The translations under genes were made by a program, and so were the position numbers. A model generated the notes under the pieces. That model worked only from the letters and a program-made list of their open reading frames with translations. It was not told the origin of the DNA and ran no database searches. From Felis catus (Eukaryota), in NCBI RefSeq assembly GCF_018350175.1, contig NC_058382.1, forward strand, positions 50,532,001-50,596,000: a stretch of DNA of 64,000 nucleotides. Reading direction: 5' to 3'. Positions 38,101 through 53,488 of this stretch are shown one piece after another (positions within the stretch are counted from its first letter, which is position 1; each line of letters begins with the position of its first letter).

Positions 38101-41100
38101 ATCGCTTGCACCAAGTTAATGTGACTTTTTTCTGGGCTTTGCCTGAGCTGCTCACTTAAGAGTGCTATATACCAGGGTGCTTCAAGTCTCCTGACACGGG
38201 GGAAAGTGAACTTTAGAGAAATTAAGAACTTTGTCCGCATTACGCAGACTGCCTGTGTGAGATCTAAGATTTAAATTCACATCCATTACTTTCCAAAGCC
38301 AGTGCTCTTGACAACTCTATGAATCATACATGTGTTCGCCTTTTAAGTATTTATTGACACTTGCTGAAAGAGAACTCTACTAGGTATTGGGTGTAGGGAG
38401 AAATTCTAAAACAATGTAGATTTCTTAATAAATGGGAATTATTATATATAATTGTTTTTTTTTTGTATTCTAATCCTAGGTTTATTCAGTACAGTCCTTT
38501 TACTTTATACAACAAAGCGCAAACACAACCTTATCTAAAATACTACATAGTTACAAAATGCAAAGCAAAGTTTATAGTACTGACTGTACAATAAAAGCCA
38601 AAAAAGCATGTACACATTGCCAAAGTAATCTACAAGATCACCACCATGAATAACAGCTCCGGCACGGGGATCTGTGATGACCCTTGCGAAGCTGGCTCTC
38701 AACTTGCTTGTTAATTTCAGAGAGAGAAAGGGAGAAGTGGGGTGTGGGGGTACGTGCGTGAGTACTTGTAAAAACAGAGCCATTTGTGGCAACTAACATA
38801 TGGTGCTTGACCCCTAGAGGTCGGAAGAGGCAATGTCATAAAAATTACACAAACTCAGTGTAACATATGGTAGCATGAGTGTAGGTTGGGAGGAATAAAA
38901 TGACTGAGAAATTGAGTGTAAGTGTAAGAACGCTGATAGCAATAGGTTTGAAACTGAAGTGCAGATATTTTCACTTGAGAGGCTGGGAGGACAGTCCAGA
39001 TAGGGGAAGGGGCGGACCCTCGTCAAACACGGAGACAAGAATTGCTTGGAGGATCGGTTTTTATTGGAGAACAGTCATTCAGGCTGAAAATAAGGGCACA
39101 CACATGTCAGGAGGCTTCTGGTCTCATGTGTGCAAGTAACAGTAAGGACCAGAGCACCAACAATCAGGAGAGAGGCTTCTCTTGATTCACATCAGACTCA
39201 AATATACCGAGGATGTGGATTCAGAGATCTTAGTGATTGCACATGAGGGTCCCTGAGTTATCAGATTTGAACAAACATCTGGAAAGTGGTGCCATGTGCT
39301 GAGAGGGGCAAGGGAGAGTGAATGAGCTCTGAAAGGGCACAGGAGAGAGAATTAATTGCACTGTTGACTTAACTGAATTCAAGCCTGGGGAATTCGGAAG
39401 GTTGGAACATGAAACCCTCTGAGCTGAAGATACATAATTGAAAGCTACATAAATATCATTGTTATTAAATCATAACTTTCCACTTGCAGAATTTCTGGTA
39501 ATAATAACAGTATGAAGTGCTGTGTTCGGACAACTGCTCATGTCTTTGAAAAGGACAAATGCATTTCTATCATCATTAAAGCAGGTCTTTAACGCTGTTT
39601 TTCAGGTAGTGTGCATTGTTATGCCACCCCCCTCCTTGTGCCTAATGCATGTGTCCGCTGAAGTTCTAGGTAGCTGCTCTGATGAATATTGTAGAGACAG
39701 TGGCTATTGTGAGAGCCACACATGATTTTACTAGCCTCTGTCCGGGTGAGTTAGGGCAGTAACTTGTTATGAAGGTACATCAAGTGAATGGAAAATCCAT
39801 ATCAAAGAGCATGTTCTACTTTTATGTTGGAAAACTTGGAAGTTGTTTCCTGAGTAATGAGAGAAGTAGAAGCTAAATTTTATGGGTTCAAAGAGAAAGT
39901 ATAAATTTCAGATGCCTTGGCCATAGCAGCCGTGAACATGTTTATAGATCTAGACGAGAGAGGTAGGTAAGGAAATAACTCATGGAAGAAAGAACAAGAA
40001 GAGAAAACGTTTCGTGGTAAAGAAACACGGTCTACGGAATGTCCCAAAGGAAAGTAAACAATGGTAAACAAAGGCAGAGAAAGGAGACAAAACTGAGTGA
40101 AAGCAGCTCTGAGATGTCCTTGGGGAAGTGGCCGTTAAGCCACAGGAGATAGTGTTCTTTCATGGTGGACGAATTGCTGTGACAGTTGCCCTCAGTATAA
40201 ATGCAGAGTTCCTTCCCTCTAGTCTTGTGTAAACATCCTCATTTTGCAGTCCGGGATCTTCCTTTCCTCATCCTCAACAGAAGAAGAGCATCCAGCTTCC
40301 CGGCCGCACCGAGCACTTTCCATTTCTTCCACACGCCATGATATCATGATTTTTGTAGACTTGGGATCTTTGCACAGTGCCCAGGGCAATCACCACATGT
40401 GGAGCCTTCACTTGTCTACCGAGATGAGTCTTTCATTCAGCACCTTTTCTCAGCATAGAAATCACTGTCTCCGGCAGCTTCTCTGACACCTCACTTTTGG
40501 GTCAGAGGACATTTCCGCCTGCTCCTGGAACAGCCATTCTGCTCCCCGCCGTACCATGCACACATGGTACTGTATTGTAGTCAGCTATTCCTTCTTTGTC
40601 CTGAGTCTTCTGGATAGGTGCACGAACAAAGGGAGGTAGGCTTGGTGAGCCTCAGGAAGGCTTTTCCCGTCAACCTGGAGGCACGTGCAGGCCGTGAAAG
40701 ATATGACGTAGAACACGGGAGAACTAAGAAGGTTGGAAGACAACAAACACATAGAAGGATAGAAACTACACAGAATATAGAAAGTGTTGCGTTTATTTGC
40801 TTAAATCCAGACCAATTAAGAGAAAATTATGGATTCTGTTTAACAAATGGAAGTAGGTCAACAATTACAAAACTCAGGCCAACTTAATAAAAATATTCTT
40901 TTTATCGTGTAAAAAATATTGGAAGTTGGAACTGCTTCTATCAGTAGATTTTAATTTGGAAAACACATTAATAGGAAATGCAAGAAAGTAGCCTGAGAAA
41001 TGCAGCTACTAACACTGAACCGACTCTGAGTTTTCTGTCTATTCGGGACCAATCTCTTACACCACCTGTCTGGTTAGGGGGAGAAATGAAAGGCAGTAAA

Positions 41101-41399
41101 TGTGTTAGATTTACTCTAAAGAATAGTTATAATTGAACTCAATACATATTTATGAAGCAGCTCCCCCATGTTAACAGCTAAAAACTTGATCCAGGTGAAT
41201 TACATACAATCCCTGCACTCAGATTGTTTATCAGCTGATACCGGAGCTGAGGAATCCGAGCTTATGCCGGAGTTTGAAAAAGAAGATAGATTCTGGTGGG
41301 CCTAAAATCAAAGAGGTTAAATTCTAATTCTTTGAAAAATTGATAGTCTTAAGATTTGAATCTGATGATAAATGGGGTTATATTAAAATGAAAATAAGG

Positions 41400-42100
41400 T
41401 GAGCTATTAGGATACCAGAAAAAAAAGAAGCAGCTATGAAACCCTCTGGGATTATGTCACAAGATCTCAGAGCCTGCTGAGGAGGCCCTCACTGACCAAA
41501 AATGGAAATATTGTAGCATCAGTAAGGATAGTAACTACAGTTCCACAACATGTTAAGTATGTTTAAGTGAATGGGTTCATGACAATACCAAAAAACAAAA
41601 ATCCAATCGGTTACCTATGAGAGAGATGAAGGAACCAACTCCTTATTTTGAAAACTAGTATGGGGCGCCTGGGTGGCACAGTCGGTTAAGCGTCCGACTT
41701 CAGCCAGATCACGATCTCGCGGTCCGTGAATTTGAGCCCCGAGTCAGGCTCTGGGCTGATGGCTCAGAGCCTGGAGCCTGTTTCCGATTCTGTGTCTCCC
41801 TCTCTCTCTGCCCCTCCCCCGTTCACGCTCTGTCTCTCTCTGTCCCAAAAATAAATAAACGTTGAAAAAAACAAAAAAGAAAACTAGTAAATGAAGGGAA
41901 ACATCAAGAATTTATCTCACTTTTCCTATGTGATCTGTACTTCAAGGTACAGATCAAATAGAAGATAACAGGGCATTTCTCTTTAAAGGTATATTCCAGG
42001 TAATAGGTAAAGAGGGAAATAAGCAAATAGAATTAGCATAGTCCCACTTTGCAGCCCTAAATAAATTAATAGACCAAGTCAATGACTATAAAAGTTCACA
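41400..42100 (+). mobile_element. Old L1MC-like 3' region remnant interrupted by a SINE
   Basis: 'ctcactgaccaaaaatggaaata..gcatcagtaaggatagtaact...ggaaccaactccttattttgaaaact' by recalled similarity. Boundaries approximate. Confidence 0.45.
41662..41878 (+). mobile_element. Young CanSINE (SINEC_Fc)
   Basis: Near-identical to the 30186 copy. TSD gaaaactagta (41650-41660 / 41879-41889). Confidence 0.96.
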
Positions 42101-45100
42101 AACAGATGATTTGCTTTTCAGTACCGGTCACAGAAGAGTCGCTTTTATTGGACTGTCTTGCTACAACTGGAATCACTGGGTAGAAAATATACATTAAAAA
42201 ACCTCCTTCAGGTTTCTGAAGTTCAACTTAAAACAGGATGATATTTGACAAGATTTGATCTTGAGAGAAGGAAAGCAAATTTTGAGAGATCCACGTTTCA
42301 CTGAATTTTTCCTAAAAATGCATCCCAGTTGCAGGGCATCATAATGCTCAAGCAGAAAAGTAGCCAGATTTTACTGGGCTGTGGAGGCGGGGTCCAGAGT
42401 TCAGGGTTGCCAGAGTGGCTAGAAATTTAGGGTAGAATCCGGAAAAGGAGGGGGTCAGAGAGGGAGGGCCTCAACTCCCACATAAAAACTCCCCTTCGGT
42501 CCTCGGCTGATCCATGACCTGCGCATGCCCAAGATGGGGTACCAAGAAGCTCAGGAGAGAGCGGGATGGGAGATCCAGGCGCTGAAGATTTCCACATCTG
42601 CCTAATGCTGGAAGGAACACCTTTGGAAAAAAATCAATCCTGCCAATTTACAGGGGCTTGTGGGACATGTGGGGCTCTTAACTGAAAAGCCAGAGGGCGT
42701 TGCTTTAGGAGTAAAGACCAATCTGTGGACCAATTGATATGTCCTGGGGCTAAGGACAAAACCAAAGTAGATCCATCCCAAGAAAATCTGGAACCAAGCT
42801 TTCACAGGGTCAAGGTGAACCATGGACCTCTTCCATCTCCTTCCTGCCACCACCATCCCTCCCTCCCCAGGTTTCACCCTCCCACCCTTCCTCACCCCTC
42901 CCCAAACTTGTACCCTCCCCTTCCCTGCCTCCTCCTTCTTTCCTGATCCTAGACATTCACAGAGGTGGACATCTACTCAGACTAAGTTTCATTTCCTCAA
43001 AGATGTTGTCCCCAGTCAAAAACCTCATTCAAATCTCCCTGTTCAAAACTCCCGTGCAACCTGCCCTTTTCCTTCATGCTCCACGTAACAGTTTGTAAAT
43101 ATATCTGTACACATGGGGTGAGTTGCTTGATGTCTTTCTTTTCCTTCAGACTGAGGGATCCATGAGGACAGAATGTGTTCACTGTTGTAACATCAGCTCC
43201 TACTGTAGGAGTAGACACAGTAAATGCTCAGTAACTATTTGCTACATAGAGAATTCAGAAAAACATCCAGTTAGCCATGACGAAAATGGAAAAATGAATA
43301 AATGTATAGAAACCACAGATTTATTACATTCCTACAGTAGCAGTTGATTACATAAGTGTGGGATAAACATGTCGGCTGTCGAATGTTTGTTATTACTAAA
43401 GTCATGATAAGAGCATACAAAATATGTAATAAATTAGGCATTTTGATACTTCCATTTGAAACCCACAGCTTTTTGTGTGGTATGAGAAACTGGAATTTTT
43501 CTCCACATATTCCAAATAAGGAAATTGAGAATCCATGTTTATGTGTCTTCTGTGGCATTACAAAATTACAAACAAATATTAGAAACAGAAATACAGCTTA
43601 TGTCCTCCAATGACACACTGAAGTGTCCTCGATGTAGTAGATGTTACCCATTTCAAATCTATTTAAAATGTTCATTTAGATTGATATTTGGGTGGCAGTG
43701 GGCTTGTTTGTTCCTATAACTTCCTGGAGTGTTATCACTGATCTTAATTCAGTCTACTTAAAACCATGATAGTAAAGTCACCTTTTGCCTGTGGTTATAT
43801 GCAGCACTTGATCCTGTACCTTCTTCCTTTTTATTGTATTAATTTTGGTTGTTTTAAACTTAAGAGTGCCTTAAATCATTCTGTGTTCTTTTATGCTACC
43901 ATGCAAAAATAGTCCAGCCCATTTCCTGTTGATTTCTCGAGTGCTTGGGCTCTCCTCGCCATCTCTTCAAAACCCAATTCAGTAATGCAGATCTCAAGTG
44001 CCCATACATCATGCTGTTGCTTTAATATTTCACTATATAATAGTTTAACGGTGACTCAGCCTGATTTATGTTTCTTAGAAGTCAAAATCGGACCTGTGTT
44101 TAGAAATTCATGGGTAGTAACTTTCAAATAAAGAAGCAGTATGATCAGTATTGGAGACTGACTGTCTTGTTTAGCCCAGAAGAGTTTGGTCGATTATTCT
44201 TTCTCCACTGAGAGCCCTTTTCTCTGTTTGTATTTTTGGGGTGCTTCCCACAGAATTCATAGAAAGCTGTCATGTCTTTTTCAGGAACTCTCTCATGACC
44301 TTTAATAAAGGCAGTTTTCTCTTATTCAAGGATTCGTGTTCCAGTTCATGCATTTTCTATTCCAGTTTTTCTCTTCTACATTTCTTAGCCAACTGACCTC
44401 ATCAGTGATGCAATGATTCATAGTTAATTCACAGAGCCAGTTTCTCTCCAAAACATCTTTCAAGGACAAGCCGCTCCCATGTCCAGTTTTGTTCAAGTAC
44501 CACCTACGTGTAGATAAACATACTCATTTTCCATGGTCCAATTCAATATGCAACGAAGTTACTCATTTTCAGACAGAAGCTTTCTTTAACCTTCTTGTTC
44601 TTCTTGTCAGATAATCCTGATGCTGTCATCTGCTCAGGGGTCCCTCAGGAACCTGTTTTCCTGGGTGTGGCTCTAGGAGCTCCTACGCTGTGGATATAAA
44701 GCAGAACCCAGGATGTTGGATGCTTCTGGAAACCTCACAAGATACTCCTCAGTTGATTCTAACATGGCTAGACCATGGAGCTCAATTTAAGAAAACATGC
44801 TCCTGTATGTTTTTTTTCTTAGCAATCCACTTGGAGTGGTAGGGACGGTGTTGCTTTTTCAAATCGCAACCTCTCACATTTTGTGAAGCCTCAAACTTTG
44901 GAGCAGGGGTAGGATGTAGGTGTGAGGGAAGGATACCGGGTCAAGTGGAAGATATTATACTGAGGGGTGTATCTGCATGTGTCATATGCCCAGGTAAAAG
45001 AACAATTTGCTGCTCGCATAGGTAAATCTGCAATTTAGTTGACATCCTTCTCACAGGCTGAGTGGATCAACTCCTCCTGCACATGTTAGGAATCATTCAG

Positions 45101-45945
45101 ACCCAGCCCTGATGCAGCAGCAAAGCTCTAAGCACTGGCCTGAAAAATCACATCTCAGGGATGTGTGTCTTTCCCATTACAATGGAAGCTCCTTGAACAA
45201 AAATGTGCTTTGTATTTATGCATTGCTGTGTCTTCCCTGTTCACAGGGAGCTCTCCATAGATACGTGCTTGCAGAAAGGGGCGCAAGTAGGCATTTCAGC
45301 AATACCACTTCTGACACAACTCCCTGAAAGAAATTTGAATATTTTTATTGGAAATCTCTTCGTTCCATGGGAGATTGTATTTCTGAATCATGCAAATAAA
45401 GCAGACTGTACTCTTTCCTGGGGTCACGGGGAGAATTGATATGAGAGTAGGGCCTACAGTCTTTGTGAGTCTCTTCTTTCCTTGGCGCCTGCTATAAATG
45501 AGAAGATTTGAGATGGAGGTATTCACTAAGGAGGATTCAGGTCACCGACAATTGCCATAGTGAGTCAGCTCAAGCATTAGCTGACAGACAGAGAAAAAGC
45601 CACAGAACCCACAGATGGCTCAAAATCATTCTTGCTGCATAACCCGGCAGTGACATTGATAATGGAGCATTCCTCGTGCTCTTCAGAAATTCATTATTTT
45701 TTAAAGAGTTCAGTTTTAAATACACCGAATGTATGTGTTGAACTATTTTTGCTGTACCTCTTTCCCTGCCCAGTGTTCTAACAATAAGTAATAGCAGTAG
45801 TTAATGTTTATTGACTTTTATTTATGCACCAGCAATTCTTCCAAAAATTATGCAGATAGACATTCGTGCAACAATCCTGTGAAGAATATACTATTGTTAT
45901 CCCCATGTGACAGATAGGAAAGGGACAAAGGGGTGGAACAACTTG

Positions 45946-46406
45946 TGCCACAGAGGGAGTAATGCCCTGTTACCTGTTACTATGTTACATTATGGGACAT
46001 AGGCACTTACAGTTGTGATTAAACTAAGGACGTTGAGGCAGGGAAAGTAGCCTGGATTATCTAGTTGCACCCGATGGAATTACAAGGGTCTTTACAAGAG
46101 GGAGGTGAGAGGATCAGTCAGAGAAGGAGATGTAACTGAGAAACAAAGTGGGGGATTTGAAGATGCTATGATGCCAGCCTTGCACATGAAGAGAAGTCGT
46201 GAACCGAGGAATGCAGACGGTCTCTCCAAGCTGGAAAAGGGGAAAAAAGGGATCATCTTCCAGAGACTTCCGAAGGAAAGCAGCTCCTGCCAACCCCTTG
46301 ATTTTAGGACTTTTTGAATTCCCAGACTAGAAGATGATAAGTTTGTGTCGTTTCATGTGACTGAGTTTGTGGTCATTTGTTACATCAATAACAGGAAACT
46401 CATACA
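45946..46406 (+). mobile_element. MaLR solo LTR (MLT1D-like) inserted into a MIR
   Basis: 'cctggattatctag...gaaccgaggaatgcag..tccaagctggaaaagg...gtggtcatttgttaca..aacaggaaactcataca'. MIR-like flanks 'atccccatgtgacagataggaa' and 'ttgcccaagg'. Confidence 0.75.
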
Positions 46407-47775
46407 GTTGCCCAAGGGAGGGTGAAGGTGCAAATCCACTCCGACTAGTTATCTTAACTCCTGGGCTACCCTGTAATAAAAAAAAACTATTAAAAATGTC
46501 TCAGAAGGGGGTTAGCCTGAGGAGGATAAATGTGTCAGAACAATTTGCAACTTATTACTAGAAAATTAGAGTTTATGCCCTCCCTCTGGTGAACAGGATA
46601 TGACAGGGTCACAATATTAATATTGATGGCAATCTAATCATTAAAATATAACCTGAGTGACAAGCCTACTAATGAACAGATTTACAATTAGAAAACTAAT
46701 TCTTTCAGTCAAGTAACACGTCTCCTCCTACATCGTTGGACTGTGGGTCTTTGGCTGTTATAAATTTTGTTAACTTCTGATTTCTAATTTTTATTACAGC
46801 CAATTGTCTAATACCTCTGTTTTTCCTATGTATACATTTCAACCGTGTACAAAAGATTCGTTTTCTGAAAGTGTTTGACAAAAGATGGGCATAAGTGTGA
46901 TTCTGTTAATTGAAACATGATTATTACTTGGATGCTTAATTTAGTGTTTTTAAACAAATACAGAGTTAGATTACTTTCATGAATGGCATGCATTCATTAT
47001 ATCTTTCATAGGTTAGTTTCAATGTAAATAAATATTGTTATGAATCATCTGAACTTTTCTTTTGTGAGAATGTATTTGCATTGGTAGTGTCCTTTGTGGA
47101 ATAGCAAAAATAAATTCACCTTGAATGTTACTGGTGACGGCTCAGATGTGAAATGTTGCTTCCCCAGCCAATGATGTGAAGCCCAAGTTGAACTTTAAAG
47201 GTTAGTAATGTTGAAAGTAAAAATTTCAAAAACAAACAAATAGACATGACTTTCATTCAAATACAGAATAAATACATATGAAAGATTAATTAAAGAAGGA
47301 ATCAGAAATATGGTAAAGCTAGTTGAAAGAAGATTCAAGAGACTGACTGTAGATGGGAATCCTGGAAAGTATGTTGGATTACTATCACTAGGTTGGGTAC
47401 ATAAATGGTTAATGTTGAACAGGGCACTAAAACCAAAAGCATTTATTTTCTATCACACAGAAGTCATTTGTATTTCCACTGGGAAAAAAATTTACAAATT
47501 AACATGTAACTGAGCACAGTCTGGCTCTAACCCATAATAAATAGTAAAATGAGACCTTTATTAATTCACCTAGAATTAAATAATCTTTAGATGGACCTGT
47601 GAGAAAATGGTCCAATATGACATTGAAAGGAAGTGAAATTATTGCTTTGGGTTATATCCAGTTTTTCTTAACAGTGGGTAAGACCATTTTCAGGAGAGAC
47701 TACAAACCTATCTCTCCCACCAGCATCCTTGGAGAGATAGATTCTCATAATGAATTCAAATTAATTCTCTCTGTG

Positions 47776-47808
<33 letters not shown>

Positions 47809-50396
47809 GTCTCTCTTTCTCAAGATTCTTTTTCATATAGTTCCAGATTTTTATATCATTAACTGTTATGTGCCACAACACAGAGTTTTGTGATTATTGC
47901 TTAAAAGTCTATGCTGCTTGTATTTCAGATATGTTGTGTAAATTGCTTTTTATAACAGTGACTTATATTAGACCCATATAAGTAAGTTTTCTATCTAAAG
48001 TAATACTGTTAGGAGTCATCCTGAGTTTTTTCTTTTATGATAATTCTTGTACACATATTGCACACATGTAAGTTGAAGTTATCGTATACTAACATTGTAC
48101 TCACATTCTGAATTATATTTAGCTTTTCTTCCCTGAAGATATTGTTCACACACACACTGAAGTCCGTGATGGTGTGGCAGCAAGTTTGTTGATTTCCCTA
48201 CTTAAACTACTTTCTCACTTACAGACCCATTTTCAGAGAAAGCCCCACTCCTCTTCCTCCTCTGAGAGCTGAGTTACTGACTGTCTCTGTATTTCTTTTC
48301 ATGACGGTAGAGGAGAGAAAGTATTGGGAGAACGTCTAGGTCTTTGGGAATTAAATGTCCTAAGAGTAATTCTAAGAGCTTATGGGGACACGTGTAGGAC
48401 TTGAAGACTGTGAGGAGTAGAAAGGTTAGTAGTGAGGTTTCTAGATCAGAGGGGTGAGTTTCTCCAACTACCTTAACTAAAGAGCCAGTCTTCTGTTGAC
48501 CTTGATCAGTCTGTCATGGTTGTTCACTTGCTGAGCAGTGTCCACCTTCATGGAATGTCAGCTCCATGAGGGCAGGGGGCTGTGCTGGTGTTGATTACTC
48601 TCTCGATCTCAGCATCCATCACAGGGTCTCACAAACGATTTGCTGACTAGATACTTATTGTTTCTGAATGTCTCAGATTTCTTAGTTAATATCCATGGAG
48701 TAAGAAGATAATAGGTAAGAATGAGAGAAAATGGCAAGTGGCTTCGTTTTAAGAGATGAAGCAGTATACCATTGCTTTAGACATCAATTGTCTGACACAT
48801 TTTTCACTTTCCTTTGTTGCTGATGGAAATATACAAGGCACAAAAGCTTTAGGTGCCATGAAGGATGATTATGACCATTATAATGTGATAATAATAATAG
48901 CGAAGAAGAGAAAGAAAGAAATAGTGGGGTAAAGTAACACAGGCTAAACCTTTATTAGAAAAAAAATTCTCTTGGTAGCTTATTCCAAAAATAGACTTTA
49001 TCTAAAGTAAAATCATTATTATGATGGTTGCCTTTAAGCAATACATTAACTCAGAGATAACTGCATTGCTCCAAATGCATCAGCATTTAAAGTCTGTCTT
49101 ATTGGAATTTTTCTTAATTTATTGTAATCTAATAATCATAGAACACATTATTTGTATTTGACACAGAGTTATGTTTTTACCATGCACATTCATTCAGCTA
49201 TATAACAAGGAATAATTGTTCAGTTAACATTATTCTTTCTACAGAATGCAATGTTTATTCATGTGCATTTGGTGAATGAATTCTTTATAAGCACATTAAC
49301 AAGATGTGGAAAAATCAAACCTCTGACTTTTCAAAAGATAGCTGCATAAAATAGTTGAAAAAATTTGGGGGGGGTGGTGAATATAAATGGTTCACATTAA
49401 ATATGATGGATAATCTGAATGAAATGTATATTTGGGCATACAAGTAGCTGTAATAATTTTGTCAAATGAAACAAGATGAGTAAACTTTAATGTCATTTCA
49501 TTGACTGGGAAAAGTCAGCTAACCGATTGAAAAATAGCTTCATTGGGTTTCCCTAACTTCTTCATTTATTACATAAATGTACTCGCAAGGGTAATTGCCT
49601 TAAAAAAAAATCTTTGACTTGCGAAATGTAGAAAACCCTGCTCGGCTTTCTGAGTATTATCAGTTCTATTTTGTGTCTGTTGTTTGGGTGCAACTGATTT
49701 TGACAGATATGCTGTTATGTTACTGGTATAACATGACATCTTTTTTCAGATGAACTGAATAAAAGTGATCTTGACAATGAGTAGATAAGACACTGTCAGA
49801 AAGCTGAAAAAACATGTCAATGTCACAGTTTTGACACAAATGCAGCAGAAAAGCCCTTATAATATCATTAAGTGAGTATCTTTCCAGTGATGCTCTTTAG
49901 AAGACAGAAGATAGCATTGCTCTTAAATACTATTACTTAGCCACAAAAATAATAAAATAAAACAAAGCACAAAGGTCAGGTTAATATATACTTGAGATGG
50001 CATTTGATGAGTCTGATGGATGTGTTTATATTTTTATGCAGATCTTTTATCTATAGCATGTGGGAGAGAATTTTTGAGATATCAAAACCATTTTTTCAGG
50101 AGCTAAACACCATTTGCCTTCAGCACTTCAGGAACATGATTAAAAATACTGATGGTGAAATATGCAAAGTGGTTGTGTGGATATTGATCATAATCTTTTT
50201 CTTGATTTTATTTTTTCATTGAATGAAAAGAAATAGCTTTCAATAATAGAAAATTAGGAATACATTTTGAGACGTATTTCTAGATAATGATTTTGTAAAT
50301 AGGTTAGCAAAGACTAAAATGGAATCAATCCCAGGCATCAAGAGGGAATTAGACATGAGCTTTTATTTTCCCTCATGATTGGCTTGGAACTGAACT

Positions 50397-50500
50397 ATAC
50401 GTGCATGTGTGTATGCACAATGCTTTATATATGTATATATGTGTATGTATATATATGTGTGTGTATATATATGTACATTCATATGTACATATATGCACAT
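50397..50500. repeat. Alternating purine-pyrimidine (TA/TG/CA) low-complexity tract
   Basis: Read directly. Ends about 65 nt upstream of the exon at 50565. Confidence 0.8.
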
Positions 50501-50542
50501 TTAAAATGCTTTAATAAAAAGTATGTTTATCCTTTAGAATGA

Positions 50543-50791
<249 letters not shown>

Positions 50792-50955
50792 TGACAGTCT
50801 GGCCACTTAGATATCACTTCAGTAACTTTATGCTTTTATAGCTTATCATATAACAATTAAGGTGCCTTATTTCCAGATTCAGGGGCTTATATGTACACCA
50901 GTATCATACATATAAAAATGGTTCCTATTTTGCAAATTGTACAAGACCCTCATTT

Positions 50956-51159
50956 AAATTTTTTTTTAATGTTTTATTTATTTTTGAGACAGAGAGTGAG
51001 CAGGGGAGGGACAGAGAGAAGGAGACACAGAATCTGAAGCAGGCTCCAGGCTCTGAGCTGTCAGCACAGAGCCCTATGCAGGGCTTGAGACCAGAAACCA
51101 TGAGATCATAACCTGAGCCCAAGTCGGACGCTTAACCAACTGAGCTACTCAGGCACCCC
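50956..51159 (-). mobile_element. CanSINE (SINEC_Fc-type) in a short intron
   Basis: TSD caagaccctcattt (50942-50955 / 51162-51175). Confidence 0.95.
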
Positions 51160-51531
51160 TGCAAGACCCTCATTTGATGTTTCTTTTGCTTAGTGCCGAG
51201 AGAACTACATAGCTGTTTTCAAACATCATGAAGAAAGGGATGAGTCCCTGAAAAATACTGAGCTAGTAAAAAGAATGAAATTGTAGCAAAGATACATTTT
51301 ACTTTGCAAATGGCATGTGATGGGAAATACTAATAAAAAGAATTAATGGTGGAAGAAATTCCAGCAAGGTTGAGAGGATATTATATTCAAACTCCAGGTA
51401 AATCCATGCCAGTGTTTCGGGTGGAATGCAAGGAAGAAGATTGCAATTATGAGAGATCCTGGTCCCCAAGGGGAAACTTTTTTTTTTTTTTAGACTGGAA
51501 ATAATGGTACTGTTGTTTTTTTCTCTTCTAA

Positions 51532-51720
<189 letters not shown>

Positions 51721-52462
51721 TGATAGTTATGTTCCAATTAATGCAGATTTTTACAATGTATATGTGGCGCAGCCATGCAAAAGAAAACATACTGTAGAGA
51801 CAGCACCCCTTCCCTCTTTCAGAGTAAATCAAAGTCCTGGTGACATGTTTCCCAAGGTGACCTAACTCACAGTAGCAGATTTGAGCATATGCTACTGAGG
51901 CTTTGTCTTTCTGATGATATGTTAATCTGTTATCAGAGAGAGAGAGAGTTTTCTTTTTTACCTGAAATGTATAGTCACAGATTATCACATGTAGGAAATC
52001 TCCAAGAGATCATATTACCACCGGTAAATATAGAATGTGTTGCATGATTTTTTTTGTGCGCTTTAGGGTACCCTCAAGCAGTGTAGATTTATGGAGAGGT
52101 TGTAGTAACTAATAGATTAATTAATTCATTATCAATCGATTCAAATGCACAAACACCAGTGTGTGCCGGAAATATATATAGAACAAAACGCCATTATAAC
52201 CAGTTAATGTTATTAAACAGAGATTTACCATGGATATAAAGAGGCATTTTTATTCATCAGCCAATAAACATCCAGATGTGATTAGTAACTTGTAAGAATA
52301 ATCAAGCTCTAGTGTAAATGAAAACTGAATGCATGTAAATTTGTTTTCAAATCTGCATTTTAATTTTTTAAAAATATCCATATGAAATTAGCAACATGGC
52401 AGTGTAGGGTGATGAAAAATTGATTTATCTGTGATGATTAAAGCTATAGTTACTAATCATAA

Positions 52463-52690
<228 letters not shown>

Positions 52691-53430
52691 TGAATGAATG
52701 AAATTGTGTTGCTTTTTCACACAATAAAATTGCTTCCCTTTGGATTCCCACTTGATATGATGTGAGATTACTCTCTCTCTTTTTTTAAGAGATTACTCTT
52801 TTAAAAATTTTCTCTGCTTAGCAATATTCATGTAAGGGATTAATTCTACTTAAAGCAATTATAATTCACAGAGCGTGATTATTTTATTTTTATATGAAGT
52901 AAAACATTTTTTTTTGCAGTTGATAATTTCATTTTGTTGTGATGCTATTACTCCAGGGGACCAATTTCCTTTGCTCTGTAACTACCTTAATAAGATATGC
53001 CCTGACAACCTCCCTTAATCAAGGGAATCAAGTTCCTGGAATCAGATAATATCCATGTGTATTAGAGAGGCATTTGAAAAACTATATTTTGCCATGGTCA
53101 TTCATAACAAGTAAAAGAAACGAACAGGCCGTTATGACACTGCCTCTGCCAATCTGTCCCAATAGCGATGTTGGTTAGGCTGCGTTATATTCTAATTCTA
53201 TGGAAATGCAGCAGATTTTAAATATAACCTTATTGGTCTGGGGTCAGTCAGGGAAGTAGCACCACTACGAGTTTTAGGAACAAGGGATCTCTTTTAGGAC
53301 TTGGATCTTCACATTTGTCAGAGGAGCTGAAAAGTGGAGGCCAGCTGTCAGGAAGAAGAGTTAGAACAGGGTGAAGGAAAGCCAGCTCCTCTGTGATCAT
53401 CCCTCACTGTGCTTGTATCACAGGAAATAA

Positions 53431-53488
53431 ATACATACATACATACATACATACATACATACATACATACACAAACAAACAAACAAAC
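53431..53488. repeat. Compound (ATAC)10 + (ACAA)n microsatellite
   Basis: Read directly from the sequence. Confidence 0.93.
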